The notes below the pieces were generated by a model. The model was not told the DNA's origin, ran no database searches, and saw nothing but the letters and a program-made list of their open reading frames with translations. DNA of 55,092 nt from a virus (lineage: Duplodnaviria > Caudoviricetes), in the IMG/VR virus record IMGVR_UViG_3300018432_000304, positions 1-55,092 of that record, one strand, 5' to 3'. A program made the position numbers and the translations under genes. Shown here piece after piece: positions 27,073 through 36,891 of the stretch (the first letter of the stretch is position 1; every line of letters starts with the position of its first letter).

Positions 27073-30000
27073 CCGGTCCGATCGACTTCGACGCCGAACT
27101 CGACTGGACGACGCCATCCGTCGAGGGCGACTACGTCCTGCGCTACGAGGTCGTCTCGAACGAGGGCACGTTCTCCGACGACGTCACCGTGCAGGTGGTC
27201 GCCGCGCCGACCGGGCCGCAGACCGTCACCCCGACCTCGGTCCTCTCGCAGGCGCGCGTGGGCGAGCCGTCGGTCGTCGTCGAGCCGCCGCCGGACGTCG
27301 TGATCACCTACCCGGGTTCGGGCACGTTCCCCGGCGCGGACACCTGGCCCGGCTACGGCCCGGCGGTCGGCCCGGTCGAGCAGACCGTGGTGCCGGACTC
27401 GGTCCCGTCGCGGGCGATCGTCGGCCAGCCGACCGTCACGGTGGACGAGGTCCCGGTCGTGCGGGAGGTCTACCCGGACTCGGTTCCGTCGCGGGCGATC
27501 GTCGGCGCGCCGTCGGTCACCATCGGCGCGGCTCCGCCGGACCAGCCGGTCACCGATCTGTCGCTGTCGCTGTTCGCGATCACCCCGGATGGGGTGTTCG
27601 CGCTGCCGGACTTCACGCAGCTGACGTTGTCGCCGGTGCGGAACTCGGCTGGGTCGCTCACGTTGGAGTATCCGGTCACGGGCGTGAACTTCACCGTGCT
27701 GCGCGACGCCATCACCGGCGGCCGGGATGTCGAGGTGGAGGTGTGGACGTCCGGGACGTCGCAGGGCGCCCTGCGCGGGTATCTGCAGGAGGCGGCGGGC
27801 GACGACACCGCCGAGGGTGACACCTGGCAGTTCGGGGGCGGGTTCCTCGGGCTGCGGATGGACGAGGCTGTGGTGCTGCCGCAGGATCTGGGTCCGCTCG
27901 TCCCGGACGACGATGACGATCCGGACAACGACAAGCACGCGAACGAGAAGCGTGAACTGATCTTCAACGCGTCCACGCCGGGCACGGTGATGGCGACGGC
28001 GATGCAGATCGCGCAGGCGCACGGTTGGCTGGCCGATCTCACCTGGGACTTCACTGCCGCCGCCGACTCCGACGGTGTGCCCTGGCCGCAGGTGATGTCG
28101 AGCAAGTTCTCGCCCGGCGCCACGTACACGCAGCTGCTGGACCGGCTGGTCGCGCTCGGCCTGGCCGAGTGGGATGTGCAGTGGACCGGCGCGCACCGGG
28201 TGCTGCGGATGTGGGTGCCGGAGGGCCGAGGCTCCGACCTCACCGTGCTGGGCGTGCCGGTGGTGTTGCGGCACGGGCAGAACATCCTCGACGCACCCCG
28301 GAAGTGGAGCGTGCGCGAGGCCGGGACGGACGTGCTCGTCGCCGGCAGCGAAGGCCTGTACGACGAGGCCAGCGACGCGTCCGCGGTCGCGCGCCGGGGC
28401 CGGCGGATCGCTCGGTTCGTCTCGGCGAACAACCTCGCGGATGCCGATGCGGTCACCGCGTACGCGTTCAACCAGCTGCCGGTCATCACCTCCGGCCTGC
28501 ACGAGGTCACGCACGGCATCGGCCTGTTGAGCGGCTCGCCTCGCCCGATCGTCACGTACGACGTCGGCGACTGGGTGTTCTCGGAGTCCGGGAAGACTAT
28601 GGAGCGGTTCCGGGTCGTGCAGTGGACCTTGACCGTGGACGCCGACCAGCAGATGTCGGGCACGGTCACCCTGAACGACACGCACACCGACGCGCTCGTC
28701 CGGTTGATGGCTCGGCTGGATGCGATCGAGGCGGGCGAGACGGTCGTCGGCACGAGCACCCCGCCGTCCGGGTCGCTGGACGACATCACCCCGCCGGCCG
28801 CGCCCGAGGGCCTGGTCGTGTCGAGCATCGCCTACCAGGACCCGGCGCACACCAACACCTTGGCGTCGGTGACGGTCGGCTGGCTACCGGTGGTCACCAA
28901 CGCCGACGGCTCCAACCACCCGCTGGTCCAGGCCGCCCGGTACATCATCATCGCGCTGGGCAACATCAACCCGGAGCAGGAAGACACGGTCGTCCACGAG
29001 GACTGGACGTGGACGGACTGCCCGCAGGTCGTGGCCGACTACAACGACCCCCTCCTCGAGATCTACGAGGACGACGGGTCGCCGGGTGGTCTGCCCGGGC
29101 TGGGTGATGTGCCCGCGCAGATCGTGTGGCTGCAGGACTACGTCGACTCGTTCAGCGCCACCCCGACCGCGACCGACGACGTCGACGGGTATCAGATCCG
29201 CTACGCCTACCAGGGTCTTGATCAGGTCGGCGGCATCCCGTCCTCGGACCCGTTCCCGGACGACGACCGGGTGTACTACGAGGCCACGCCCTCGAACGGG
29301 ATCCGCGGCACCTCCTACACCTTCGGCGGCATCGAGGGCGGGGCGAACCTGCGGATCGAGGTCCGCGCGTTCGACCGGTCCGGCAACTTCGGGCCGTGGG
29401 CGGCGATCGGGCACGACACCGCGATCGACGACACCCCGCCGCCGCAGCCGTCGCTGCCGACGATCGAGTCCTGGTTCCGCACGGTCAACATCAGCTGGGA
29501 CGGGCTCGGCGCGATCGGTGAGCCGATGCCCGTCGACTTCGACCATGTCGAGGTGTGGGTCGGGCAGGGCGCGGACATGTCCCCGATCCCGTCCACGGCG
29601 GGGCTGGCGCAGGTGTTCGACCCGCTGAACCCGCTGCCGCAGCACGTTGCGAACCTCTACGCGGGCGGCACGCACAACCTGCCTGACCTGGTCTACGGGG
29701 TCGGCTACTTCGCGCTGCTGCGGGCGGTCGACCGGACCGGGAACCCGTCGAACACCTCGGCGGTGGCCGGGCCCGCGACCGCGGAGCAGCTGGTCTCTGA
29801 CGACCTGATCAACGGGATCATCAACGACCCGGACAAGATCGCGAAGCTGGTCATCCAGACTGGGCACATCGTGGACGGCGCGATCGTCAACGCGAAGATC
29901 GCCAACCTGGCGGTGAACAACGCGAAGATCGCTGACCTCGAGGTTGGCAAGCTCCGCTCCGGCACGATGATCGCGCAGGTAACGATCTCCGGCAAGTTCC

Positions 30001-30953
30001 GCACACACGCCTCCGACGCTGCGGACCGAGTGGAGATCGATCCGGCCGGGATTAGGCTCTACGCGGGCCCCACGGTGATCGGCAACTGGGACGTGGCGAA
30101 CCGGTCGATGCTGGTCACCGGCACCTACCAGAGCGCCCTGTCCGGTGAGCGGATCAACATCTTCCCGGACGGCACGCTGCGCTTCTACCCGACCTCCGGG
30201 ATCAACTACTCGCAGATCTCGAACGTCGGCAACGATGTCGTCTGGAGAGGACCGATCGACTCCAGCGGCCGGTCCGGGCGGATCAACGTCAACGCCCTGG
30301 GCGTCGGCCTGAACTTCTCGGCCGAGAGCGAGATCCCGAACAACCTGCGCGCAGAGGTCGCCGTGTTCGACCGGCGGGCCCGCATCACGTCGCCGTTCAT
30401 CGCGTTCGAGGTGAACGGGAAGCTCGCCCCGACTGATGGGTCGCAGCGGCGCGTGCAGTTCTACCAGACCTCCTCGTCCGGTACGGCGATGCCGTACTCC
30501 TACCTGAACTACGGCGTGTCCTCGTCGTCGGGCCGGGGCGGGATGTGGGGCAACGGCGCGGGCTGGAAGCTCGAGGCCGGCAGCCTGCTGGTCACCGATG
30601 ACAGTCTGAACAGCTTCGCCTCGGTCAAGGCGTCCGACTTCGTGCAGTCCTCCTCGCGCGAGGTGAAGCGCGACATCCGCCGGGGCGAGCACGGCCACGG
30701 GTTGGGCATCGACATCCGGCAGTTCTTCCGCGACGTGCAGGCGGTGACCTACAACTACCGCGACGACCGGCCCGACGCTCCGCCCCGGTTCGGTGTGATC
30801 GCCGAAGACCTCCCCCCGGCCCTGCAGCGGCTCGGCTCCGACGGCAAGGGCGGCGTGGTGCTCTCGGTCGAGCTCGGCTCCCAGCTCGGGCTGCACCACG
30901 CGATGTTGAACGACATCGTCTCCCGACTCGACGCACTGGAAGGCAGCACGTGA
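27069..30953 (+). CDS. Tail hub/central fibre protein with FN3 domains and C-terminal S74-type chaperone
   Basis: DITPPAAPEGL, EVRAFDRSGN, AKIANL repeats; SSREVKRDI..FGVIAEDLP plus coiled coil. Confidence 0.8.
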   Translation: MTGPIDFDAELDWTTPSVEGDYVLRYEVVSNEGTFSDDVTVQVVAAPTGPQTVTPTSVLSQARVGEPSVVVEPPPDVVITYPGSGTFPGADTWPGYGPAVGPVEQTVVPDSVPSRAIVGQPTVTVDEVPVVREVYPDSVPSRAIVGAPSVTIGAAPPDQPVTDLSLSLFAITPDGVFALPDFTQLTLSPVRNSAGSLTLEYPVTGVNFTVLRDAITGGRDVEVEVWTSGTSQGALRGYLQEAAGDDTAEGDTWQFGGGFLGLRMDEAVVLPQDLGPLVPDDDDDPDNDKHANEKRELIFNASTPGTVMATAMQIAQAHGWLADLTWDFTAAADSDGVPWPQVMSSKFSPGATYTQLLDRLVALGLAEWDVQWTGAHRVLRMWVPEGRGSDLTVLGVPVVLRHGQNILDAPRKWSVREAGTDVLVAGSEGLYDEASDASAVARRGRRIARFVSANNLADADAVTAYAFNQLPVITSGLHEVTHGIGLLSGSPRPIVTYDVGDWVFSESGKTMERFRVVQWTLTVDADQQMSGTVTLNDTHTDALVRLMARLDAIEAGETVVGTSTPPSGSLDDITPPAAPEGLVVSSIAYQDPAHTNTLASVTVGWLPVVTNADGSNHPLVQAARYIIIALGNINPEQEDTVVHEDWTWTDCPQVVADYNDPLLEIYEDDGSPGGLPGLGDVPAQIVWLQDYVDSFSATPTATDDVDGYQIRYAYQGLDQVGGIPSSDPFPDDDRVYYEATPSNGIRGTSYTFGGIEGGANLRIEVRAFDRSGNFGPWAAIGHDTAIDDTPPPQPSLPTIESWFRTVNISWDGLGAIGEPMPVDFDHVEVWVGQGADMSPIPSTAGLAQVFDPLNPLPQHVANLYAGGTHNLPDLVYGVGYFALLRAVDRTGNPSNTSAVAGPATAEQLVSDDLINGIINDPDKIAKLVIQTGHIVDGAIVNAKIANLAVNNAKIADLEVGKLRSGTMIAQVTISGKFRTHASDAADRVEIDPAGIRLYAGPTVIGNWDVANRSMLVTGTYQSALSGERINIFPDGTLRFYPTSGINYSQISNVGNDVVWRGPIDSSGRSGRINVNALGVGLNFSAESEIPNNLRAEVAVFDRRARITSPFIAFEVNGKLAPTDGSQRRVQFYQTSSSGTAMPYSYLNYGVSSSSGRGGMWGNGAGWKLEAGSLLVTDDSLNSFASVKASDFVQSSSREVKRDIRRGEHGHGLGIDIRQFFRDVQAVTYNYRDDRPDAPPRFGVIAEDLPPALQRLGSDGKGGVVLSVELGSQLGLHHAMLNDIVSRLDALEGST

Positions 30954-31117
30954 GCAACCCGGACGAGATCGACGTGGGCGAAGTGCTCAACGAGCTGGAC
31001 CCGCTCGGCAAGGCGCTGTTCGAGGGCGCCCTGGGCCGGGTCCGGCTGCGTAAGGCCGCGGCCCGCATCGAGCAGCTGGAGCAGCAGGTGGCCGCGGGCG
31101 GAGACGTGGCTTCGTGA
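30950..31117 (+). CDS. Small coiled-coil protein
   Basis: GTGA-coupled; VSNPDEIDVGEVLNEL..RIEQLEQQ. Confidence 0.6.
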   Translation: MSNPDEIDVGEVLNELDPLGKALFEGALGRVRLRKAAARIEQLEQQVAAGGDVAS

Positions 31118-31446
31118 CCGCGCTGAGCTACGACCTGATGATCGACCAGGGTGCCGACTTCGTGGTCAGCATCCCGATCCTGGACCCGGACGGCGCCCCG
31201 CAGAGTCTCGTGGGGTGGACGGCCCGGGGGCAGGTCCGACAGACCCACGGGGGCGCGGTCGTCCTGCACGATCTCGAGCCGGTGAGCTCCGCCGCGACGG
31301 TCACGGTCACCGTCGACGCGGCCAGCTCGGCGGCCTGGGACTGGCGTGTGGGTGTCTACGACATCGAGCTGGTCGACCCGAGCGAGAAGGTGATCCGCCT
31401 GGTCCAGGGCCGGGTGATCGTCTCCCCCGAGGTGACCCGTGCCTGA
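31114..31446 (+). CDS. Baseplate/fibre adaptor-like protein
   Basis: DLMIDQGADF..GWTARGQVR..GVYDIEL..RLVQG..SPEVT. Confidence 0.75.
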   Translation: MTALSYDLMIDQGADFVVSIPILDPDGAPQSLVGWTARGQVRQTHGGAVVLHDLEPVSSAATVTVTVDAASSAAWDWRVGVYDIELVDPSEKVIRLVQGRVIVSPEVTRA

Positions 31447-32239
31447 GCAGGCCGTGCGGTTCGACGCCGCCGGCGAGGACTACGTCGGGCCCTTGGCTCT
31501 CGGTGCGACGTTCACGATCCTGTTGTGGGCGCGCGTCGCGGCTGACCGCGACACCTACAGCACGATCTTCGGGTTGGACAACAACGTGGGCACCCTCGGT
31601 GCGTGCACGATGCAGACGATCTTTGACGGCACCGCGCTGAACATGACCGCCCAGGGCGGCACCGATCAGAGCATTCACACGATGGCCGTGGGTACCTGGT
31701 ACTGCTACGCGGTCACCCGCACGGCGCAGAGCGGCCCCACGGCGCTGCGCGTCCACTGGGGGACGGCCCCGGACGCGCTCACCCTTGTGGAGGTCGCGGC
31801 GACCGGCGGCTGGGGTGCCGCCGGCTACAGCCAGCTGCGGCTCGGGGAGTCCGCGTGGAGCGGCGAGTGGCTCGACGGTGACCTGGCCTTCGTCAAGATC
31901 TACACCCGGCCGCTCGACGAGTCGGAGATCGAGACGGAGCTCAGCCAGTACGCCCCGGGCGTCACCACCGACCTGCACGCCGCCTACTCGTTCTGGGACG
32001 GCCCGAGCAACGCCGACCTCTCCGGGAACGGGCGGGACCTGGCCGGTGGTAGCGGTGCGGCAACGGACGCAGGCCCGGTCGGGATCCCCTACCTCTGGTC
32101 GACGACCGAAACCCACCCGTCTCCCCGGGCCGGCGCCCCGGTGGTGGGTGTGTCGGTGCGAGCTGGTGCACCTGAGCGCGCGCCGAGCGTGGCGGCCGGG
32201 ACCCCGTTCAACCCGTTCCTCTACCCGCAAGGAGCCTGA
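31439..32239 (+). CDS. LamG/concanavalin-like jelly-roll tail protein
   Basis: VGTWYCYAVT, LRLG, DGDLAFVKIY..L, DLSGNGRD. Confidence 0.7.
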   Translation: MPEQAVRFDAAGEDYVGPLALGATFTILLWARVAADRDTYSTIFGLDNNVGTLGACTMQTIFDGTALNMTAQGGTDQSIHTMAVGTWYCYAVTRTAQSGPTALRVHWGTAPDALTLVEVAATGGWGAAGYSQLRLGESAWSGEWLDGDLAFVKIYTRPLDESEIETELSQYAPGVTTDLHAAYSFWDGPSNADLSGNGRDLAGGSGAATDAGPVGIPYLWSTTETHPSPRAGAPVVGVSVRAGAPERAPSVAAGTPFNPFLYPQGA

Positions 32240-32241
32240 CC

Positions 32242-33288
32242 TTGGCGACCGAGTTCCCCACCTTCGTTGACGTCCCCGAAGGGGAGACCCCCGAGCCCGG
32301 CACCCCGCTGGTGAACGCCGCCTACCTGAATGCTCTGACCGGGGCGGTCAACATCGTCGAGAACCAGCTGCCCGCGAAGGCGAACAGCGCCAGCCTGGCC
32401 ACGGTCGCCACCACGGGCGCCTACACCGACCTGGTCGGCGCGCCGTTCATCCCGGCCGAGCCCGGCGACATCGGGGCGCAACCGGCCGGGGCCTACGCGA
32501 CCACCACGGACCTGGCCGACAAGGCCGACGCCGAGCACACCCACACCGTCGGCGACCTCGACGCGACCGGCACCGCAAGCGCAACCACCTACCTGCGCGG
32601 GGACGGCTCGTGGGCCATCCCGGCGGGTGGCTCCTCCTACACCGACGAGCAGGTCCGCGACGTCATCGGCACCGCGCTGGTGCCCGGCGCGAACGTCACG
32701 ATCACCCCGAACGACGCCGGCGACACGATCACCATCGCGGCCACCGGTGGCGGGGGCGGTGGCGCGGTCGACTCGGTCAACGGGCAGACGGGGGTCGTCG
32801 CCCTGGACGCGGCCGACGTGGGTGCGACCGCGGTCAGCGTGGACAGCGTCCTGGTCGCCGCCCTGGACATCGACTCCGCCGCGGTCACCGCCGCCGACGT
32901 CGGCGCGGCCGGGCTGGACGGCGACGGCCGGGTCTCCGCCGCGCAGATGCCGCGGGTGCCGACCACCGTCCGCACGGTCTCCTACGCCTCCTCGATCACG
33001 CTGACCCCGGCCACGGACGGCAACCGGATCAACGTCACCGCGACCGGCAACATCAGCTCGCTGGCGGCGTCCACCACCGGTGCCGTCGACGGGCAGGTGC
33101 TGCGGGTGGCCGTGCTCGCCTCCGGCGCCGCCCGCACGGTGACCATCGCATCGTCGGTGCGCACCTCGACCGCGCTGACCCGGGGGCCGCATTCGGTCCC
33201 GTCCGGGGAGGTCTGGACCGCGGCGTTCGAGTACTACTCGCTGGCCTCGGCGTGGGTGCTCACCGCCTACACCACCTCGGCGTCCTGA
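32242..33288 (+). CDS. Tail fibre-like protein
   Basis: LATVATTGAYTDL, TTYLRGDGSW, VDSVNGQTGVVALDAADVGA fibre motifs. Confidence 0.75.
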   Translation: MATEFPTFVDVPEGETPEPGTPLVNAAYLNALTGAVNIVENQLPAKANSASLATVATTGAYTDLVGAPFIPAEPGDIGAQPAGAYATTTDLADKADAEHTHTVGDLDATGTASATTYLRGDGSWAIPAGGSSYTDEQVRDVIGTALVPGANVTITPNDAGDTITIAATGGGGGGAVDSVNGQTGVVALDAADVGATAVSVDSVLVAALDIDSAAVTAADVGAAGLDGDGRVSAAQMPRVPTTVRTVSYASSITLTPATDGNRINVTATGNISSLAASTTGAVDGQVLRVAVLASGAARTVTIASSVRTSTALTRGPHSVPSGEVWTAAFEYYSLASAWVLTAYTTSAS

Positions 33289-34136
33289 TGGCGTCGCGAC
33301 TGGTCAAGGCCACGATCGGCGGGCAGCCCCGGGTTGTTGACCTGCTCGCCGGGTCGTACGAGGAGCCCGTGCCCGATCCCGACCCGGACCCCGTGCCCGG
33401 CCGCGCGGTGCTGTTCGAGGACAACTTCGACGGCACGCCGGGCACGATGGCCAGCCCGACGAAGTGGTACTACGAGACCGGGGGCCTCGGCTGGGGCGAG
33501 AACGAACTGCAGGCCTACCGGCGGACCGCCGACAACGCCCACATCACCGCCGATCACATGCTCGCGATCGTGGCCCGCGAGGAGCCCGGCGAGGGCGGCG
33601 CCAACTACACGTCCGCGCGGCTGCACACCCGGTGGGCCGACACGCCGTTCACCTTCGTCTACGGCCGGATCGAGGCCCGGATCAAGGTCCCGATGGGGCA
33701 GGGCATGTTCGCGGCGTTCTGGATCGCCGGGGACTACGACGAGTTCGGTTACCCCGGGTACGGCGAGATCGACGTGCTCGAGACGTTGAACAACGCCGAC
33801 GTCGCCCGGTTCCACTCGCACCAGCCCGAGTGGGTGTTCGGCGAGGACACACCGGTGCACGCGTCCGGGTCGTGGGGCAACGACTTCCACGTCTACGCCG
33901 TCGAGTGGACCGAGGACTCGGTCGAGTGGTTCGTCGACGACGTGTCCTACGCGCTGCAGGAACGCGCCGATCTGCCCGGCGGGGCGACGTGGGTGCTCGA
34001 CGAGACCCGCCCGCAGGGAATCTTGCTGAACCTCGCCATCGGCGGGGACTGGGCGGGCCCTCCGGATGGATCCACGGACTTCCCGGCGACCATGCTCATC
34101 GACTGGGTGCGGGTCCTCGCCCCCGAGGAGGCCTGA
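33288..34136 (+). CDS. GH16 beta-glucanase (laminarinase-like)
   Basis: FEDNFDG, YTSARL, YGRIEARIK, GEIDVLE catalytic motif, FHVYAVEW, IDWVRV. Confidence 0.88.
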   Translation: MASRLVKATIGGQPRVVDLLAGSYEEPVPDPDPDPVPGRAVLFEDNFDGTPGTMASPTKWYYETGGLGWGENELQAYRRTADNAHITADHMLAIVAREEPGEGGANYTSARLHTRWADTPFTFVYGRIEARIKVPMGQGMFAAFWIAGDYDEFGYPGYGEIDVLETLNNADVARFHSHQPEWVFGEDTPVHASGSWGNDFHVYAVEWTEDSVEWFVDDVSYALQERADLPGGATWVLDETRPQGILLNLAIGGDWAGPPDGSTDFPATMLIDWVRVLAPEEA

Positions 34137-34137
34137 C

Positions 34138-34839
34138 GTGGCCACGCCGGCGATCCGCGAAGTCCTGACCGGGACCGCCTACGACGGCAGCACCAGCACG
34201 GTCACCATCACCACCGACGGCGCGCAGGTCGGCGATCTGTTGGTGCTGTTCTACGGCACCGACTACACCTCGTCCGCCCTCGCGGATCACGTCACACCGA
34301 CCGGCACAGCGGGCACCTGGACGCGGCGCACCGCCGCGGTGGCCCGCACTGCGCAGATGCCGATCCTGTCGGTCTGGACGCGCCCGGTCACGGTCACCGG
34401 TACCCAGGTCACGATCACCTCGGCCGGCAACGACGCGGGGGTGTACGCGCACCTCTACGCCCTGGCCGGCGCAGACACCACCTCGCCGGTCACGGGCGGC
34501 CTCGCGAGCATCGTCACCACCCCGACGACCACCTGGGCCGCCCCGTCGGTCACGGTCAACTCCGGGGATCTGCTGCTGTGCGGCTGGCAGAGCCAGTACG
34601 AGAACGTCACCGCCCCCACGGTGCCCACCCCTGCCATGTCCGACCCGATCACCACGGTCAACAACGACAGTGCGGGTGCACTGCGCACCGCGCGTCAGAC
34701 CATCACCGCTGGTGGCGCCTCCGGCACCCGCGTGGCCACCGGCCCGAGCGACACGTACGCGGCCGCATCGATCGCGGTCAAGGGCGTGGGGGGCGCAGTC
34801 GGGCCCGAACCCGCCCGGATGTTCCTCGCCTACGGCTGA
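34138..34839 (+). CDS. Thr-rich putative minor tail protein
   Basis: GAGGAGG RBS; beta-rich GDLLVL/GDLLL repeats. Confidence 0.6.
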   Translation: MATPAIREVLTGTAYDGSTSTVTITTDGAQVGDLLVLFYGTDYTSSALADHVTPTGTAGTWTRRTAAVARTAQMPILSVWTRPVTVTGTQVTITSAGNDAGVYAHLYALAGADTTSPVTGGLASIVTTPTTTWAAPSVTVNSGDLLLCGWQSQYENVTAPTVPTPAMSDPITTVNNDSAGALRTARQTITAGGASGTRVATGPSDTYAAASIAVKGVGGAVGPEPARMFLAYG

Positions 34840-34868
34840 CCCAGCACGAAACGAGGAGGCCCGCCTAG

Positions 34869-35207
34869 GTGGACGCGGTCATCACCACGCTCATCGGGGC
34901 AGCCCCACAACTCGGCGGCGCCGGGATCCTGATCGTCATCATCGGGTTGCTGCTCCGCCGCGAAACCCAGGACCGGGCGGACTACCGCACCAGCCTCACC
35001 GAGCTGTCCACCCGGCACGCCGCCGAGCTGGCGCGCATCAACGAAGCACACGACGCGGAGCTCGCCGAGCTGCGCCGTGAGCTGGCCGGGCTCCGTGGCC
35101 AGGTCACCGAACTGCACGACTTGTTGGATGCCGAAAGATCTCGGCGCCGCGCAGCGGAGGACAACCCCATGGGTGGGCGACACCGGCCGGACCAGCCATG
35201 GCAGTGA
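34869..35207 (+). CDS. Membrane-anchored coiled-coil protein (lysis-region accessory)
   Basis: N-terminal TM followed by coiled coil. Confidence 0.65.
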   Translation: MDAVITTLIGAAPQLGGAGILIVIIGLLLRRETQDRADYRTSLTELSTRHAAELARINEAHDAELAELRRELAGLRGQVTELHDLLDAERSRRRAAEDNPMGGRHRPDQPWQ

Positions 35208-36046
35208 ACCGGCACCGGTTGAAGGTGTGGCCCCGTTCCCGGCTGCTGATGTTGGTCATCGCCGCCGCCGCAGTGGTGTTCCTTGCCGGGAGTGTGTTGT
35301 GGGCGCAATCTGCCCAGCAGGAGGCCCAGATCGAGACTGGGGTGGTCACCGAGCAACGCGACCAGGTCGCCGAGCAGCGCGACGCCACCGCCGCCCAGGC
35401 CGCCTCCCTGGCTGAGCAGATCAAAGTCGCCTGCCGGGACGAGACGCTCGCCGGGCCGGTGTGCGAGCAGGCCGCCGCCGTGGCTGCGACTCCGGTGCCA
35501 CCGGTGCCCGGTCCGGTCGGTCCTGCCGGTCCGCCGCCGACAGCGGAGGAGATCAGTGCCGCCGTTGCCAGCTACCTCGAGACCAACCCCCCGCCGGCCG
35601 GGAGGGCCCCGACGGCCGCCGAGGTAGCCGCCGCGGTCGCAGGCTTCCTGACCGCCAACCCGCCGTCACCGGGTCGCCCCCCGACCGCCGCAGAGATCGC
35701 CGCCGCGGTCCAAACCTGGTACGACGCCCACCCGCCGGCACCGGGGGAGGACGGCAGCGACGGAGCGCCCGGCCGGCCACCCACCGACGCGGAGATTCAG
35801 GCCGCCGTCTCGGCTTGGCTCGCGGCGAATCCTCCGGCGGCCGGACCGAAGGGCGACAAGGGCGAGGACGGGGCGGACTCGACCGTGCCCGGTCCCGCTG
35901 GTCCGCCCGGACCGACCTGCCCGCCCGGGACGTCGCTCGCCGACGTCGAGTTCGCGAGCGGCGAGACCGGCCTCGGCTGCGTCGACACCCCGGCCGCACC
36001 TGACCCGCCGGCCGAAGACGAGGGCGGGCTACTCGACCCGCCCTGA
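35198..36046 (+). CDS. Membrane-anchored Pro-rich/collagen-like protein
   Basis: TM helix; four PPT.AEI.AAV..L..NPP repeats; GxY stretches. Confidence 0.7.
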   Translation: MAVNRHRLKVWPRSRLLMLVIAAAAVVFLAGSVLWAQSAQQEAQIETGVVTEQRDQVAEQRDATAAQAASLAEQIKVACRDETLAGPVCEQAAAVAATPVPPVPGPVGPAGPPPTAEEISAAVASYLETNPPPAGRAPTAAEVAAAVAGFLTANPPSPGRPPTAAEIAAAVQTWYDAHPPAPGEDGSDGAPGRPPTDAEIQAAVSAWLAANPPAAGPKGDKGEDGADSTVPGPAGPPGPTCPPGTSLADVEFASGETGLGCVDTPAAPDPPAEDEGGLLDPP

Positions 36047-36069
36047 CACATCACCTCAAGGGGAGACCT

Positions 36070-36891
36070 GTGAAGAAGACTCTCGTGCCCGCCGCCGTGG
36101 CGGCCCTGTTCGTCGTTATGACAAGCTCGTCGCTCGCGTGGGCGCAGGAGACTGGCCCGGACACCGAGGCGTGTGCCGTGGCTCAGGCCAACCTCGACGC
36201 CGTTCCCGAGCCCGTCGGCGTGCCTTCGGACCTGGAGCAGAAGGACGCCCAGGCGCGCGAGGCGCACAATGAGGCGCGAGCTAAGTACTTCGCCCTGGGC
36301 GAGAACCTGCCTGAGCCGACGAACGAGGAAGGGCTGCGGCTGAACGACCGCCGCGACGACCCGGACGTCGTGGCCGACCTCGACCTGCTCGACAACATCC
36401 TCGACCGCCAGGACGCGATCGTCGAGGTGCTGGCGAAGAAGGCGCCCGCCGACGCGGCTGCCAAGGAACTCGCCGACGACCAGGCGCGCTTCGCTGCTGA
36501 GCAAGAGGCCGTCGAGGACGCCACGGAGGAGCGCGACGGCTCCTGTGCGCCGCCCACCACGGAGAACCCGGTCCCGCCCGTCGAGGACGACGACACCTCC
36601 GGCCTGAACCCGGAGTACGACTGCCGCGACTTCCCGCTGACCGACGGCACCACCGCCCAGGACATCCTGAACGGCGACCTGTCGGACCCGCACAAGCTGG
36701 ACCTCGACTCCGACAACATCGCTTGCGAGACCTCGGAGAACCACGCGGGCAGCGACTCCGACGGTGACGGTGTCATCGACAACCGCGGCGGCGTGGTCGA
36801 GGAGGACTCACTCGACGACACCAGCACTGGCACCTCGGGTGACGTCGTCGTCCCGCAGGGTGGCGTCGCGACCGGTGGCGGTCCGGCTTGA
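36070..36891 (+). CDS. Secreted protein with excalibur-like Ca-binding motif and putative class F sorting signal
   Basis: Signal peptide (AWA|Q); DCRDF..AQ..DPHKLDLDSDNIACE; C-terminal VPQGGVATGGG. Confidence 0.7.
   Translation: MKKTLVPAAVAALFVVMTSSSLAWAQETGPDTEACAVAQANLDAVPEPVGVPSDLEQKDAQAREAHNEARAKYFALGENLPEPTNEEGLRLNDRRDDPDVVADLDLLDNILDRQDAIVEVLAKKAPADAAAKELADDQARFAAEQEAVEDATEERDGSCAPPTTENPVPPVEDDDTSGLNPEYDCRDFPLTDGTTAQDILNGDLSDPHKLDLDSDNIACETSENHAGSDSDGDGVIDNRGGVVEEDSLDDTSTGTSGDVVVPQGGVATGGGPA

Noticed and set aside
24034-30899. Very long antisense ORFs (e.g. 24034-27117, 27021-28850, 28884-30899; also 11759-14113 and 6227-8227)
   Set aside because: Shadow frames typical of high-GC3 genes; they mirror well-supported + strand genes and show no motifs
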